Of a stretch of 64,000 nucleotides of DNA, positions 38,761 to 51,819 are shown piece after piece. Both the position numbers and the translations under genes were made by a program. Source of the stretch: Octopus sinensis (lineage: Eukaryota). Numbering within the stretch: the first letter of the stretch is position 1; each line of letters starts with the position of its first letter. The stretch spans positions 69,812,001-69,876,000 of the forward strand of contig NC_043003.1 of the NCBI RefSeq assembly GCF_006345805.1, written 5' to 3'. The notes below the pieces were generated by a model that saw nothing but the letters and a program-made list of their open reading frames with translations, was not told where the DNA came from and searched no databases.

Positions 38761-39415
38761 ACAGGGTGCAGTGAATATATTGTCATCTAAATTACGCAAA
38801 AATGAAAATAAACACTGACATCTCATTTTAACAAATTTACCAAAATTACATAAAAAACATCTTGAAATACTAAAGGGTAAATTTATCCAATAAAATCACC
38901 ATTGGCTTCAACCATGGCCTCCAAACAACTTCAGAATCTTTCTGCAACTCTTCTAGACAGTCTTGTTTAAGTTGGTGAATGCTGCCCTAATCCTCGCCTT
39001 CAGTTACTTTTTGGTGTCACAAGGGGTTTTGTTAATCACTCACTCAACTGCACCCAACACATAATAATCAAGGGGGTTACAGTCTGCGGAGTTAGATGGC
39101 CAGATGTTAGGAGTGATATGGTGCAGAAACTGTCTGTCTGACAGCTATGACTGAGTTCTCCTGCTTGTGTGGCATAGTGCAGAGTCCTGTTGCCAGACAC
39201 AGGGTCTTCCAACAGCCACCCTCTTGACCCAGGGCATTCCTCCAGGCACTTGATGTAGGCCTCCATATTGAGTCTGAGACCGTGTGGGAAGATGAATGGA
39301 GGCATAACGTCACCATCACTAGTGATCACTCCAGACAACATGATGTTGACTGGATGATTGATTTTTATCACTCTTGGTACGTTTTGGGGACATAGCAAGC
39401 CAACAGTTGTTCTGT
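38761..39415 (-). mobile_element. Tc1/mariner maT (DD37D)-like transposon 3' fragment
   Basis: HPVNIMLSGVITSDGDVMPPFIFPHGLRLNMEAYIKCLE, then frameshifted WQQDSA and WPSNSA..NPLDYYVLG. CAGGGTG terminus at ~38762. Confidence 0.7.
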
Positions 39416-42400
39416 GTATTCACCATCTGTTCATATTGGAGTTTCCAGCATGAATGGCAAGCAATACAGTATGTCCCCAGGACTTATTCTTTGTAAGCTT
39501 AGTACTTATTCTATCAGTCAGAACAATATCTGTAGCCATGTCATAGAACAGGATATCACAGGGTTACTATTAAGACCAAAGAGAGAGAGAGAGTCATCTG
39601 AAGTTCAACCCTTTAGCGTTCGGATTACTGTCAAATGTGGCCCTCTTTCGGTTGCAATGATGAGGGTTCCAGTCGATCCAATCAGCAGAACAGCCTGCTC
39701 AAGAAATTAACGTGCAAGTGGATGAGCACTCCACAGTCATGCGTATCCTTAACACAGTTCTCAGGGAGATTCAACGTGACACAGAGTGTGATAAGGCTGG
39801 CCCTTTGAAATACAGGTACAACAGAAACAGGAAGAAAGAGTGAGAGGAAATTGCACAGGAGGGCTCGCCACATGCTTGTGTGTGTCTCTGTGTGTGCATA
39901 CCTGCATTTGTGAGTGCATGCTTGGTCAGTTTTTTTAATGTGTAAGGAATGGTGCAGTGAGAAAACAGCAAGGTAGTATGTACCCACACACACACGTATA
40001 TATATCATCATCATTATTTAACATCCATTTCTATGCTGGCATGGGGTGGACAGTTTAACTGGGCTGGCATACTGGAAGGCAGTGCCAGACTCCAGTCTGA
40101 TTTGGCATGGTCTTCTACGGCTGGATGCCCTTTTTAACATCAACCACTCCGAGAGTGTAATGGTTGCTTTTACATATCACCGGCATGGGTGTCATTTGTG
40201 TGACACTGGGGTGCGCTTACATGCTACTGGTATCTGCCATGACTGTGATTTTGCTCAGCTTGACAGGCCTTCTTTTCAAGCACGGCATAATACCAAAGGT
40301 CTTGGTCATTGCCTTCGTAAGGTCCAACACTTGAAAAGAACTCAGCCACTTTACCTTCCATGAGGCCCAACATTCAAAACATGTTCTTTATGTACTACCA
40401 GCACAGGTGCACTTCACTTGAGGAGTCCTCTCAAGCACATTACCTGAGGTTTGTGTGTGTATTGAATCTGTGCATGTTGAATGTGTTGTGTGTATGTGTG
40501 TGTGTCTGCATGTGTTTGCATTTGTGGTTGTCTTAAAACCAAGTACATGTTTGATTCTTTTGTATAGGGGACACATAAAAGCACCCGTTACAAAGGTAAG
40601 TATGTTTGTATTCACTGTTGTGTATCTGTGTATGGTATATTTGTGTGTGCATGTGTGTGTGAGCATATATTTGCTTGTATTGTAAGCATAGGTGAACACT
40701 AAATAAGTGTGTATGTGTTTATTGTTTGAATGAATACATAAGTTGGTTTCAATGTGTTTATTGTCTCTTTTGGATTGTTGTACTCGCTAATTTTTTTTTT
40801 TTTGGATGCATGTGTAGCAGCATTGTGATTGTGTTGTGTGCATGTGTGTGTGTGTGCTGGTGTGTGACACTGATTTCCTAGCAACTAATGATCTGAAACC
40901 TTTTCTATTCGTTTTTTTATTATTTTTATTTTTGATTGTGGCCATGCTGGGGCACCGCCTTGATGGGTTTAATCAAATAAATAAATCCCAGTACTTATTT
41001 TTAAGTGTGGTACCTGTTCTACTGGTCTCTCTTGCCAAACTGCTAAATCTCAAGGACAAACATGAAGTCACATACACATACAAATATACATACATACAAC
41101 AGGTTTCCATGAAGTTTCCATCTACCAAATTCACTCACAAGGAATCGATCAACTTAGGGATATAATAGAAGAGACTTGCCCAAGGTTTTACATAGTTTAA
41201 CTAAACCTGAAACCACATTTTCCAACCACACAACCTGTCTGGAAATAATTATTTAAAATTTTCTGCAACCATTTATTAACAACTTTTTTGTACCACAAAG
41301 CCTTCAAAACACACCCCCACAATACACATATATTTATTGTCCTTTTTGGCATGGTTTCTATTATTGGATACCCTTCCTAATGCCAACCACTTTACAGAGT
41401 GCTTTTACATGGTACCAGGGTTTCTTTCAGTTTCCCTTCTACCAGATCCACCAGCCCAGGGCTAAAGTGAAAGACAATTGCCCAAGGTGACCCACAATGG
41501 AACTGAACCCAAAACCATGTGGTTGGGGAACAAACTTTTTACCACACAGCCATGCCTAAACCTACATGTATTTGGTAAATAAACAAAGGTGTGCCATGAA
41601 GGTTTAGTTATGAAAAAGCTAGCAATAATAATATGGCAGGAGTTATCAAGGAATTTACTTGGAATTATTATTACATCAGCTCTTTTAATCCAATAGAACT
41701 GCTAATCTGACATGGGGTCTAGAACCAAGGATGCTGGAAGATTGGTGGTGCCCCTGTAGATCATCGTCGTCGTCGTTGTCATCATCATCCTATTACTTTC
41801 CAACATGGCTACAGTGTAGGGAAACTGTATGTGTATAGAATGTGTGTGTATGTGTGTGTGTGTTTGTGTGTGCATGTTTGTTTGTGTTGTACTTGTGCAA
41901 GTTGCATGTGTGTGTGTGTGTGTGTGTGTGTTTGTGTGTGTGTATGTGTGTGTGTTTGTGTGTATGTGTATGCTTGCTTATGTTGTACTCGTGCAAATTG
42001 CATGTGTGTGTGCATATGTATGTGTGTTTGTGTGTGTGTGTGTGTGTATTTGTATCTGTGTATGCTTGCTTGTGTAGTACTTGTGCAAGTTGCATGTGTG
42101 TGTGTTAGTGTGTTTGTGTGTGTGTGTTTGTGTATGTGGTATGTGAGTAAGGACATTAGTGCAGAAGGTTAATGAAAGACAGGTCATGAATTGAAGGGGA
42201 CAACAGCCAAGAGAGGAAGCATCAACTTACAAATACACACTTACACACAGTCATGCACATGTGCATACAAACACATATACATCTACACATACATGCATAC
42301 ATATACACACACATACCTACAAGTATGCACACAAACTTACATGCAAACATAATATCTAGCTTTCCTCCCTTACTCCCGCTCTCCTGTATTGAAAACCATG

Positions 42401-43345
42401 TTCTTTTCTCTTCAGCATTTTAGTCATTTCGAAGATGGAATATTTTAATATTCACACAAGAATTCTCATTTCTTCTTCACAATTTTCATTTTGTTTCTCA
42501 CCTTTTTTTGATAAATGGCTTATGTACAAAATGTCAGGTCATTCCCAATCCTATCTCTTTGAGTGTGAATCTCATAACAAACACATTTATTGCATTTTAT
42601 TTAATCATCCTCAAGTTACATGTATATATATGTGAAGGCACAATGGCGCATTTTGAAGGCAAGGACAATACATGACTTCATTGAAACAGTCCTTCCCACA
42701 AAGCAAATTAAATAAAATTTGGGATTTTTTGCAGAGGATGAAAGTGGTAACAAGGACAGGACAGTGAGAACAAGACAATAAAAACAAACGGTGAGGGCTG
42801 TTAAGCCAAGACGATAGAAAAATTATTATGAATGCTAGGAAGACGAGCTTATGAGAGGAGACAGTATAAGCACGTGTTGTCTTTAGGAAGGATATGGGCA
42901 AAAAGATAGATTCCTTTTCGTCACGTGTCAGTGATGAGTGGAGCAGGAGGAGTGAGAGAGAGGGAATGGTGAAGAGGAGAGGAGAAGAATAGGGAAGGGT
43001 GGGAGAGAAAACCAGAAAGGATGAAGAACAAGAGAGGGAGAGAGATAGAGAGAGAAGAAATAGTAGAAATAGAAGAGTGCGCATCGTAATTATTAAGATA
43101 AAACTTATTTAGAAAAGGATGTGTGGCGTTATATATATATACAATGGGCTTCTTTCAGTTTCTGTATACCAAATCCATTCACAAGGCTTTGGTCAGCCTG
43201 TGGCTATAGTAGAAGACACTTGCCCAAGGTGCCACACAGAGGGACTGAACCCAGAACTTTGAGGATGAGGATGGGAAGCAAGCTTCTTACCACACAGCTA
43301 CACACACACACACATATGCATGCATATATGTGTGTGTGTGTATGC

Positions 43346-43376
<31 letters not shown>

Positions 43377-43379
<3 letters not shown>

Positions 43380-43880
43380 ATATATATAAAACTCTAGTTG
43401 TGTGAGTGTCTGTCCCCTTCGATTTAGATTCCTAACTCCTCCCACATTTTGCGGTGCAGTTTAACCAAATTCGGGTATCTTACAGTCGTGATTCATATCG
43501 AGCCCGTCTGACTATTAGCGCGCGTCAACAATGAGTCTACGATTTTAAAATAATTTAACATCATTTTTTATTCCATTTTAATGCATAAAATGCATCGTAT
43601 GTCGATGGCGGCAGAGTTGGCGTCCACGCTCACAGCTGCACCTGTTTGCTTCTCCCCCTTCCCTCCCTCGTGAAGCTGTGGGGAAGGGAGTGTAAAGAAA
43701 TCAACGTCGTAATGCGTTGTGAAGGAACCAGCGTTCTTTTAGAACAACGACTTCATGGCTTGAAGACACCAAAACAAAAATGGCTAAGAAAGCCCGAATT
43801 TATAAGGGAAGTAACTCTCTAAAAATGCTTATATAGTTATTTCCCTTACAAACCCGAGCAACGCCGGGCGATACTGCTAG
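43377..43880 (+). mobile_element. Non-autonomous Helitron (different 5' end, shared 3' end)
   Basis: TCTATATATATAAA ... CCCGAGCAACGCCGGG CGATACTG CTAG|T, inserted in (TA)n. Confidence 0.8.
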
Positions 43881-43954
<74 letters not shown>

Positions 43955-43955
<1 letters not shown>

Positions 43956-44313
43956 TATATAAATAACTATATAAGCATTTTTGGAGATGTAAAGTATAAA
44001 AGCCATCTCAATATGGCTAACCACAAGGGGGGGTTACTGTAGCTTTTTACGTTCTGAGATTTAATAAATTTTTAGAGAGTTACTTCCTTTATATATGCCA
44101 AAAGTGCATTAAAAATGGGATTAAATTTATGGTAAATTTTTTTTTAAATCGTAGACTCATCGTAGACGTGCGCTAATACCCAGAAGGACTCGATATGAAT
44201 CACGACTATAAGATACCCGGTTTCGGTTAAACAGCACTGCAAAATGTGGGAGTAGTTAGGAATCTAAATCGTAGGAGACAGAAAGCACACAACCTCTCTT
44301 TTATATATAAAGA
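43955..44313 (-). mobile_element. 3'-truncated Helitron related to 43377-43880
   Basis: Minus strand TCTTTATATATAAAA..GATTTAGATTCCTAACT..CCCACATTTTGC.. is colinear with the neighbour; no hairpin or CTAG. Confidence 0.7.
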
Positions 44314-44944
44314 TATACATACACAGGTGTGTATAAGGTATGATAATTCAAGCTGGGTCGTCATGAAGTACATCTGCACATGTTCACATTAATGAAATGT
44401 ATGTATAAAGATGTTTAATTTTCAATGACATATGCACAGTAGCTGATATATTAAATGAGTTCTATTAGCAGAGTACTTACAAAAACAGAAGACTGGAAGA
44501 ATTTGAGATATTTTTAATTCCATGTTACATTTGTTTCATACGAGATATACATGTAGAAAAAAATATATAAAATCTTCTATCTGTAATTCTTCAGAGAAAA
44601 ATTCAAAAGTAATACAAATTTACACTGGATGAAGTTGTAATTTATAGAATTGGTTATTAATCAAGAGTTTATTGAGAGAGAAAGAGAGATGGAAATATAT
44701 ATATATGTATGTGTGTGTATGTATATATATGTATATGCATATATATATATATATGTATACATGTATACATATATATATGCATATATACACATACATATAT
44801 ATATAAATACTATATACACACCATACATATGTACGTATGTATATGCATATATATGTACATATATATTATATATATATATATATACATATATATATAACAC
44901 ACATACATATGTACGTATGTCTATGTATATGCATATGTATGTAC

Positions 44945-44976
<32 letters not shown>

Positions 44977-45315
44977 TATAATATATCATAAATATACATA
45001 TATATATACATATACATAAATATAACTATATATATACATAATATATACATAAATATACAAACATATATATATTATATATACATATATACAAATATATACA
45101 TAAATATACATACATATGCATAACCATACATGTATACATATATACATATGCATACACACACATACATACATACATACATACATATTTCATTGATAAATAT
45201 ATTCTATACACAATCATAAACAACTCAGATATATATATAATATATATATATATATCATCATCATCATTTAACATCTGTATAAATATATACATACATATAT
45301 ATATATACATACATT

Positions 45316-45369
<54 letters not shown>

Positions 45370-45434
45370 TATATATACATATATATAAATACATATATAT
45401 AAATACATATATAAATACATATACATTATATTAT

Positions 45435-45490
<56 letters not shown>

Positions 45491-45583
45491 TATATAGGGA
45501 GGGTTTACGAAAAATCAAAAACAAGACAGGTGATGTACAAAACAAATAGATGTATTAGTATAATGCTCAGGAATAGAAAAAGT

Positions 45584-45619
45584 CTTTTACATTTCGAGCC
45601 TATGCTCTTCTACAGAAAG
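45584..45619 (-). ncRNA. Minimal hammerhead-like motif (U at position 6) in a probable PLE terminal remnant (~45495-45682)
   Basis: CTTT-CTGTAGA-A-GAGC ATAG GCTC-GAAA-TG-TA-AAAG. A related truncated copy lies at ~10755-10860. Confidence 0.45.
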
Positions 45620-45790
45620 GAACACAGAAAAAACAAGGAGAGAAAAAAATGTGTGTAGTGGCTAACGATCTATCATGGCGACTATATATATATATAAGTT
45701 CAGCAAAATTTAGATTCAAATGAATATGGTACTTAAGTTAGATGCACCAGAATTTTGTATGGTGTTATCCATATAAATCCATGGGGTGAT

Positions 45791-46288
45791 TATAATCAAA
45801 ATAAGCAACAAGAATAACTTCGGTCATTTTATTAAATGTTGTAAGTATTACAACAGTTTAAAAATGTTGAGCAATCATTAGCCATTAATAGATGTTTTCC
45901 ATTAATACATAATTTTCATATCAACTGATAACATTATAGAGAAGGTAGATATATAGACAAAAACGTCGATTTAAATTTTAAGAACATTAAGGTAGTAGAG
46001 TTTATCAACTGACTGAAGAATATTCAGAATATTCAGTTGTTATGAACTGCTAGAAGGTTTGTGAAGAATGATCAATTGAAAGGAGACAAGAAAGATTTTC
46101 AATCGACATCTTTGTCTATATATCTACCTTCTCTATAATGCTATCAATTGATATGAAAATTATGTATTAATGGAAAACCTCTATTAATGGCTGATGATTG
46201 CTCAACATTTTAAAACTGTTGTAATACTTACAACATTTACTTAAACGATCGTACCAAATTACCGAAGACATTCTTGTTGCTTATTTTG

Positions 46289-46294
<6 letters not shown>
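45791..46294. repeat. Foldback with ~180-bp inverted arms and ~130-bp spacer
   Basis: 45791-45971 is the imperfect reverse complement of ~46102-46294; abuts (TA)n. Confidence 0.85.
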
Positions 46295-46331
<37 letters not shown>

Positions 46332-46854
46332 AGAAATATGTTACAAAAAGAAAATAGAAACTACACGTGGAAATGTAAGGGGAAAGTATATATATATGTG
46401 TGTGTGTGTGTGTGTGCTTATGTATAAATTTATGTTTTATATGTTGTATTTTATATTTCAATACCACCTTATCCATGTACACCTCTGAACTATTTTGTAT
46501 TCTACAAGTGAACTGTGTTGTTCTGTATTAGTTGCCCTTGAGGAAAATAAAGAAATATTGACATGAAAAGTTTTATTCAGGAATGAGCTGGATGTATTTA
46601 TTATGTAGAAGAAATTTTATGCCATTATTTCTTGTGTAACAAAATTCTCTCCATGTTTACCAATGTAGAGAACGCATTCTTTCTCATCATTGTTTTTCCT
46701 TATCTCAGTTACCGTTTTTTTTTGTGTGTGTGTGTGTGTTTTTAACCAAAAACTCTCACAACACACATATCAGATAATTCTTGCTTGCTTTTTTTTTGGG
46801 GGGGGGGGTCTGAATTATTATTTATAACAATTGTCTTCCATCTTTCTATTTATG

Positions 46855-47460
46855 CTCATTCTCTCTCTCTTTCATTGCATTTTTTCATCTCTCCGTTTTC
46901 TTTCTCTCTCTCTCTCTTTCATTGCATTTTTCATCTCTCTGTTTTCTTTCTCTCTCTCTTTCATTGCATTTTTTCATCTCTCTGTTTTCTTTCTCTCTCT
47001 CTTTCATTGCATTTTTTATCTCTATGTTTTATTTCTCTCTCTCTCTTTCATTACATTTTTCATCTCCCTCCCTCTCTCTCTCTCTTTCATTGCATTTTCT
47101 ATTCTCTCTCTGTCTTTCATTGCATTTGTTCTTCTCTCTCTCTTTCATTGCATTTTCTTCTCTCTCTCTGTCATTGCATTTTTCATCTCCCTCCCTCTCT
47201 CTCTTTCATTGCATTTTCTATTCTCTCTCTCTTTCATTGCATTTTCTTCTCTCTCTCTGTCATTGCATTTTTCATCTCCCTCCCTCTCTCTCTTTCATTG
47301 CATTTTCTATTCTCTCTCTCTTTCATTTTGTCTTCTAACTCTCTCTCTCTTTCTCCCCTTCATTGCTTTTTTTCATCTCTCCCTCCCTGTCTCTCTCTTT
47401 CATTGCATTTTCTCTTCTCTCCCTCTCTTTCCTTCATTGCATTTTCTTCTCTCTTTCTTT
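46855..47460. repeat. TTTCATTGCATTTT + (CT)n composite minisatellite
   Basis: Read directly. Confidence 0.85.
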
Positions 47461-47689
47461 GCTAATCTTTTTACAAAGCCTGGGACTTGTTCTATCAATC
47501 TCTTTTTTCAAAACTAAGTTATGGGGACATAAATAAACCAGCACCTGTTTGTCAAGTGGTGATGAGGGACAAACACACACACATAGGTATATACATATAC
47601 AATAGGCTTCTTTCACTTTCCATTTACTAAACCCACACACAAGGCTTTCTTTGTTTCCTTCTTTTATCGTCTTTTCATTTTCAAGCTTT

Positions 47690-47782
47690 GTGTCTCTCTT
47701 TATCTCTGTCTATCTTTCTTTCTGTTTGTCTCTCTTTCTTTCTATCTCACTTTTTCTTTCTGTCTGTCTGTTTTTCTTTCTT

Positions 47783-47813
<31 letters not shown>

Positions 47814-48965
47814 CTGCCTGTCTTTTACTCTCTCTGTTTGTTTGCTTGTCTGCCTATCTATTTCTGTCTCTCTCCACCTCTTTCTCTCTGTCTGCTTGTC
47901 TATCTGCCTGTCTCTTATTCTCTCTCTCTCTTTCTGTCTGTCTCTCTCTACCCCTTTCTCTATGCCTGTTCCTTACTCTCTCTCTCTGTCTGCTTGTCTG
48001 TCTCTCTCTGCCTGTCCCTTACTCTCTCTCTCTGTCTCTCTCCCTCTACCTCTTTCTCTTTGTCTATCTGCCTGTCTCTTACTCTCTCTCTCCATCTGTC
48101 TGCTTGTCTGTTTCTCACTTTCTAGTTCTTCCTCTCTTGCTCTCTGCTTGTCTGTCTCTCTCCACCTCTTTCTCTCTGTCTATCTGCCTGTCTCTTACTC
48201 TCTCTGTTTGTCTGCTTGTCTGTCTGTCTCTACCTCTTTCTCTCTGTCTGCTTGTCTATCTACCTGTTTTTTACTTTCTTTCTCCCTCTCCCTCTCTCTG
48301 CGTGTCTGTCCCACTCTTGTCTGTTTCTCTCTACCTCTTTCTTTCTGTCTGCTTGTCTATCTGCCTAGTTTTTACTCTCTCTTTCTCTCTCTGCATGTCT
48401 GTCCCACTCTTTCTGTCTGTCTCTCTCTAACTCTTTCTCTCTGTCTGCTTGTCTGTCTGCCTGTCTCTTACTCTCTCGCTCTCTGTCTGCTTGTCTGTTT
48501 CTCTCTACCTCTTTCTTCTGTCTGCTTGTCTATCTGCCTAGTTTTTACTCTCTCTTTCTCTCTCTGCATGTCTGTCCACTCTTTCTGTCTGTCTCTCTCT
48601 AACTCTTCTCTCTGTCTGCTTGTCTGTCTGCCTGTCTCTTACTCTCTCGCTCTCTGTCTGCTTGTCTGTTTCTCTCTACCTCTTTCTTTCTGTCTGCTTG
48701 TCTATCTGCCTAGTTTTTACTCTCTCTTTCTCTCTCTGCATGTCTGTCCCACTCTTTCTGTCTGTCTCTCTCTAACTCTTTCTCTCTGTCTGCTTGTCTA
48801 TCTGCCTGTCTCTTACTCTCTCTCTCTCTGCTTGTCTGTTTCTCTCTCTCTCTTTCTGTCAGTCTCTCTCTCACTCTCTGCTTGTCTGTCTCTCTCTTTC
48901 TGTCTGCCTCTCTCCACCTCTTTCTCTCTGTCTGCTTGTCTATCTACCTGTCTCTCTCTCTCCTA
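47690..48965. repeat. CT-rich degenerate satellite with higher-order (~175-bp) repeats
   Basis: CTGCCTAGTTTTTACTCTCTC recurs at ~48361, ~48534 and ~48706. Confidence 0.85.
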
Positions 48966-50929
48966 TCTTTTCCTTTATTAAATTTTATCTTCCACTTGAA
49001 ACACTACAATAAAAGTTTCTACTCCATTTCCTTACTTATCTTACATGGAACCAGATCGATTTACCATTATTTATTTGTTTATTTGTTCATGCATTCATTT
49101 ATTTATTTATCCATTCTTTCATTCATTTTTTTTCCCCATTTTGATATTTCAAGTCTTCTTTCTGTCGTTTGGCACTGGTATTCCCACTTCTTTTGAAATG
49201 TAAAAAAATCTCAAAAACTGGTTGATTTCCAAAAAAAAAAAAAAAAACTGAACGAAAAACCTAGTCATGTTTAGTGAGACTAAATTCTGTGGATTATACA
49301 GATATATTATTATTGATTCCAAAGACAATTGCTATTGTTTGCTGAGGTTATGAGATCAGTTGTGGGGTGGGGAGATGCAAGAAAAAAAACACACATGCAA
49401 ACACACAAAAAAGCAATCCAAGAACCACATGAACTTCTTAACTAAATTATTGAGATCTTTTACAGAAAACTGAATCTCAGTTTCTTTTTTAGCAGATGTG
49501 CACTTCCTGAAAATACTCACGCACCAAGAACTAAATGGATAAACTGTCTATTTGTTTATTTTTTTTAATTCTTTTAATCATTGTACTGAAACCATGCTGG
49601 AGCACCTCTTTGAAAAGTGAGGTTGAACAAATTGGCCCCTGTACTTATGAGGGTGATGAAGACAGAAGTGGTAGGCAGCAGAACCAGAGGCAGACCTTGG
49701 TTTGTGTGGATGGATGGCGTGGGGAAAGCTTTGGTGGTTAGAGACGTTGGAGTGAGAGAGGCAAGAGAGTTTGTAAATGATAGGGAAGCTTGGAGAGTGT
49801 TTGTGGATGGATGAGTGAATTTTGATATTGCTCAAAGGTGTATTGAACCAGTATGATGCAGCAGAGGTAAACCAGCATATGTTGTTGTACCCAGCTGCTG
49901 ATATCGGGGGTTGCGTTCAATGCCTTGACCTGAGCATAGAATGGGGCTTGCCTCCCTCTTTGAGCTGGGAAATGAATGGAATGCCTGGTGCGTGTCTTGT
50001 TGTGGCTACCCTCTCCTAAAAATTGGGGACTAGGCCTGGGTATATATAAAAAAAAAATTGTGTCTTTTTGCCAAACGTTACAGGAGATATAAGAGAAAAA
50101 CCAACCTCAATTGTTAAAAAATCCCTCCACACATATTCATTTATAAATACATCTTTTATTTGTTGCAGCCAGTGAACTCTGGCCATGCTGGGGCACCACC
50201 TTAAAGGGTTTAGTCAAATAAATTGGCCCCAGTGCTAATCTTCTTACAAAGCCTGGGACTTGTTCTACCAATCTCTTTTTTCAAAACTAAGTTATGGGGA
50301 CATAAACAAACCAGCACCTGTTTGCAAGTGGTGATGAGGGACAAACACACACACATAGGTATATACATATACAATAGGCTTCTTTCAGTTTCCGTTTACC
50401 AAATCCACATGCAAGGCTTTAGTTGGCCCAGGGCTATAGAAAAAGGCACCTGCCCAAGGAGCCATACAGTGGGACTGAACCCAGCAAGCTTCTCACGCAC
50501 CAAGAACTAAATGGACAAACTGTATATTTGTTTATTTATTTTTTAATTCTTTTAATCATTGCACTGAGACCATGCTGGAGCACCTCTTTGAAGAGTGAGG
50601 TTGAACAAATTGGCCCCTGTATTTATTCCAAACAGCCACAGCTGTTTGGAATAAATGGTGTTTGAAAGAATAAAGATTAAAGATGCAGTTAACAAAATGT
50701 TAGCTGACACGGAAGAGTGGAAGCCATCAGAATATAGAGAAAGTGTTATGTGTATCATGACGATCAGTGCCAGGTATCAAAATATCAACATCATGACTGC
50801 TGCTTAATACTCTGTGAACACTGTAAAGGTTGTAAAACATGAGATGGACAGCTGCAACGGAGTCTACAAAGCCATGGCCAGCAGAAAGGGACACAAGTGT
50901 TCCGACAGCAACCAACCCACAAGCTGGAA

Positions 50930-51135
50930 TTCATCCTCACATCTTTGAACAAGGCCTTAGGCTCAGTTCAGACAGCTATGCAAAATTGCTGGATACTGTG
51001 GTCAATTTGTACCTGAAGAGGATTATTGCTTGAAGGCCATATGCGTGGAAGAAGGATTAGGTTCCTTGCCATACAAAGTGGTTGTCAGAGAGTTTCTACA
51101 ACTTTACTGGCCCCAGTTTTTGGTCTCCTAATTCA
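50930..51135 (+). mobile_element. Second maT/DD37D-like transposase fragment
   Basis: PHIFEQGLRLSSDSYAKLLDTVV..WLSESFYNF..FWSPNS is homologous to the 39036-39398 region. Confidence 0.6.
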
Positions 51136-51553
51136 TCATTTTACTGTCCACTTTCCCATGCTTGCATGGTGGAAATGGAAATTAGTAAGGCAAATTTTCA
51201 ATGGCTGGATGCCATTCCTGTCACCAACCCTCACCTGTTTCTTTGCAAAGAATATTCCCCAAGGTCAGATAGGTTTTTGCAGAATATCAGAAATGAATGT
51301 CATTCATTTATGACATTTACATGATGTCAAGATAAGGAGACACACACAACAGGTATTTTTCAGTTTCCATCTACCAAATCCACTCATAAGGCTTTAGTTG
51401 GCCCAGGGGCTATTATAGAAGGTGCCACACAGCAAGACTGAAACCAAAACCAGAGAGCTGCACAGTAAACCAGTAAGCTTCTTAACCATACATAACTATA
51501 CCACAAAATCTCTTAAACAATTTACACACACACACACACTTGATATATAAATA

Positions 51554-51611
51554 CTGATGAAGTACAGATGGCAAATTAATTTATTTGTACACTGATACAG
51601 AAACTCGAGTC
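51554..51611 (+). ncRNA. Hammerhead-like motif with long stem II, 5' strand of stem I missing
   Basis: CTGATGA-A-GTACAG..GCAAAT/ATTTGT..CTGATAC-A-GAAA-CTCGAG-TC; palindromic stem III and GUC triplet. Confidence 0.45.
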
Positions 51612-51782
51612 TGAGGGTAACTACAAAAATATTTTTTATTTGCATTCCCTTTGAAATTGCTTTTATTTGTAGTTTGGGCTTTGACTGCCCTTTCTAGCAT
51701 GTAAGGTGTCCTGTCAAAGGTCACCTCCTTTGTGTATAAATACTTAAATTGTTTATCCACTATTATATATGTGTGTGTGTGA

Positions 51783-51819
<37 letters not shown>

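Noticed and set aside
46785-49012. Long Ser/Leu/Phe-rich ORFs up to 379 aa
   Set aside because: CT-rich satellite that lacks stop codons by composition.
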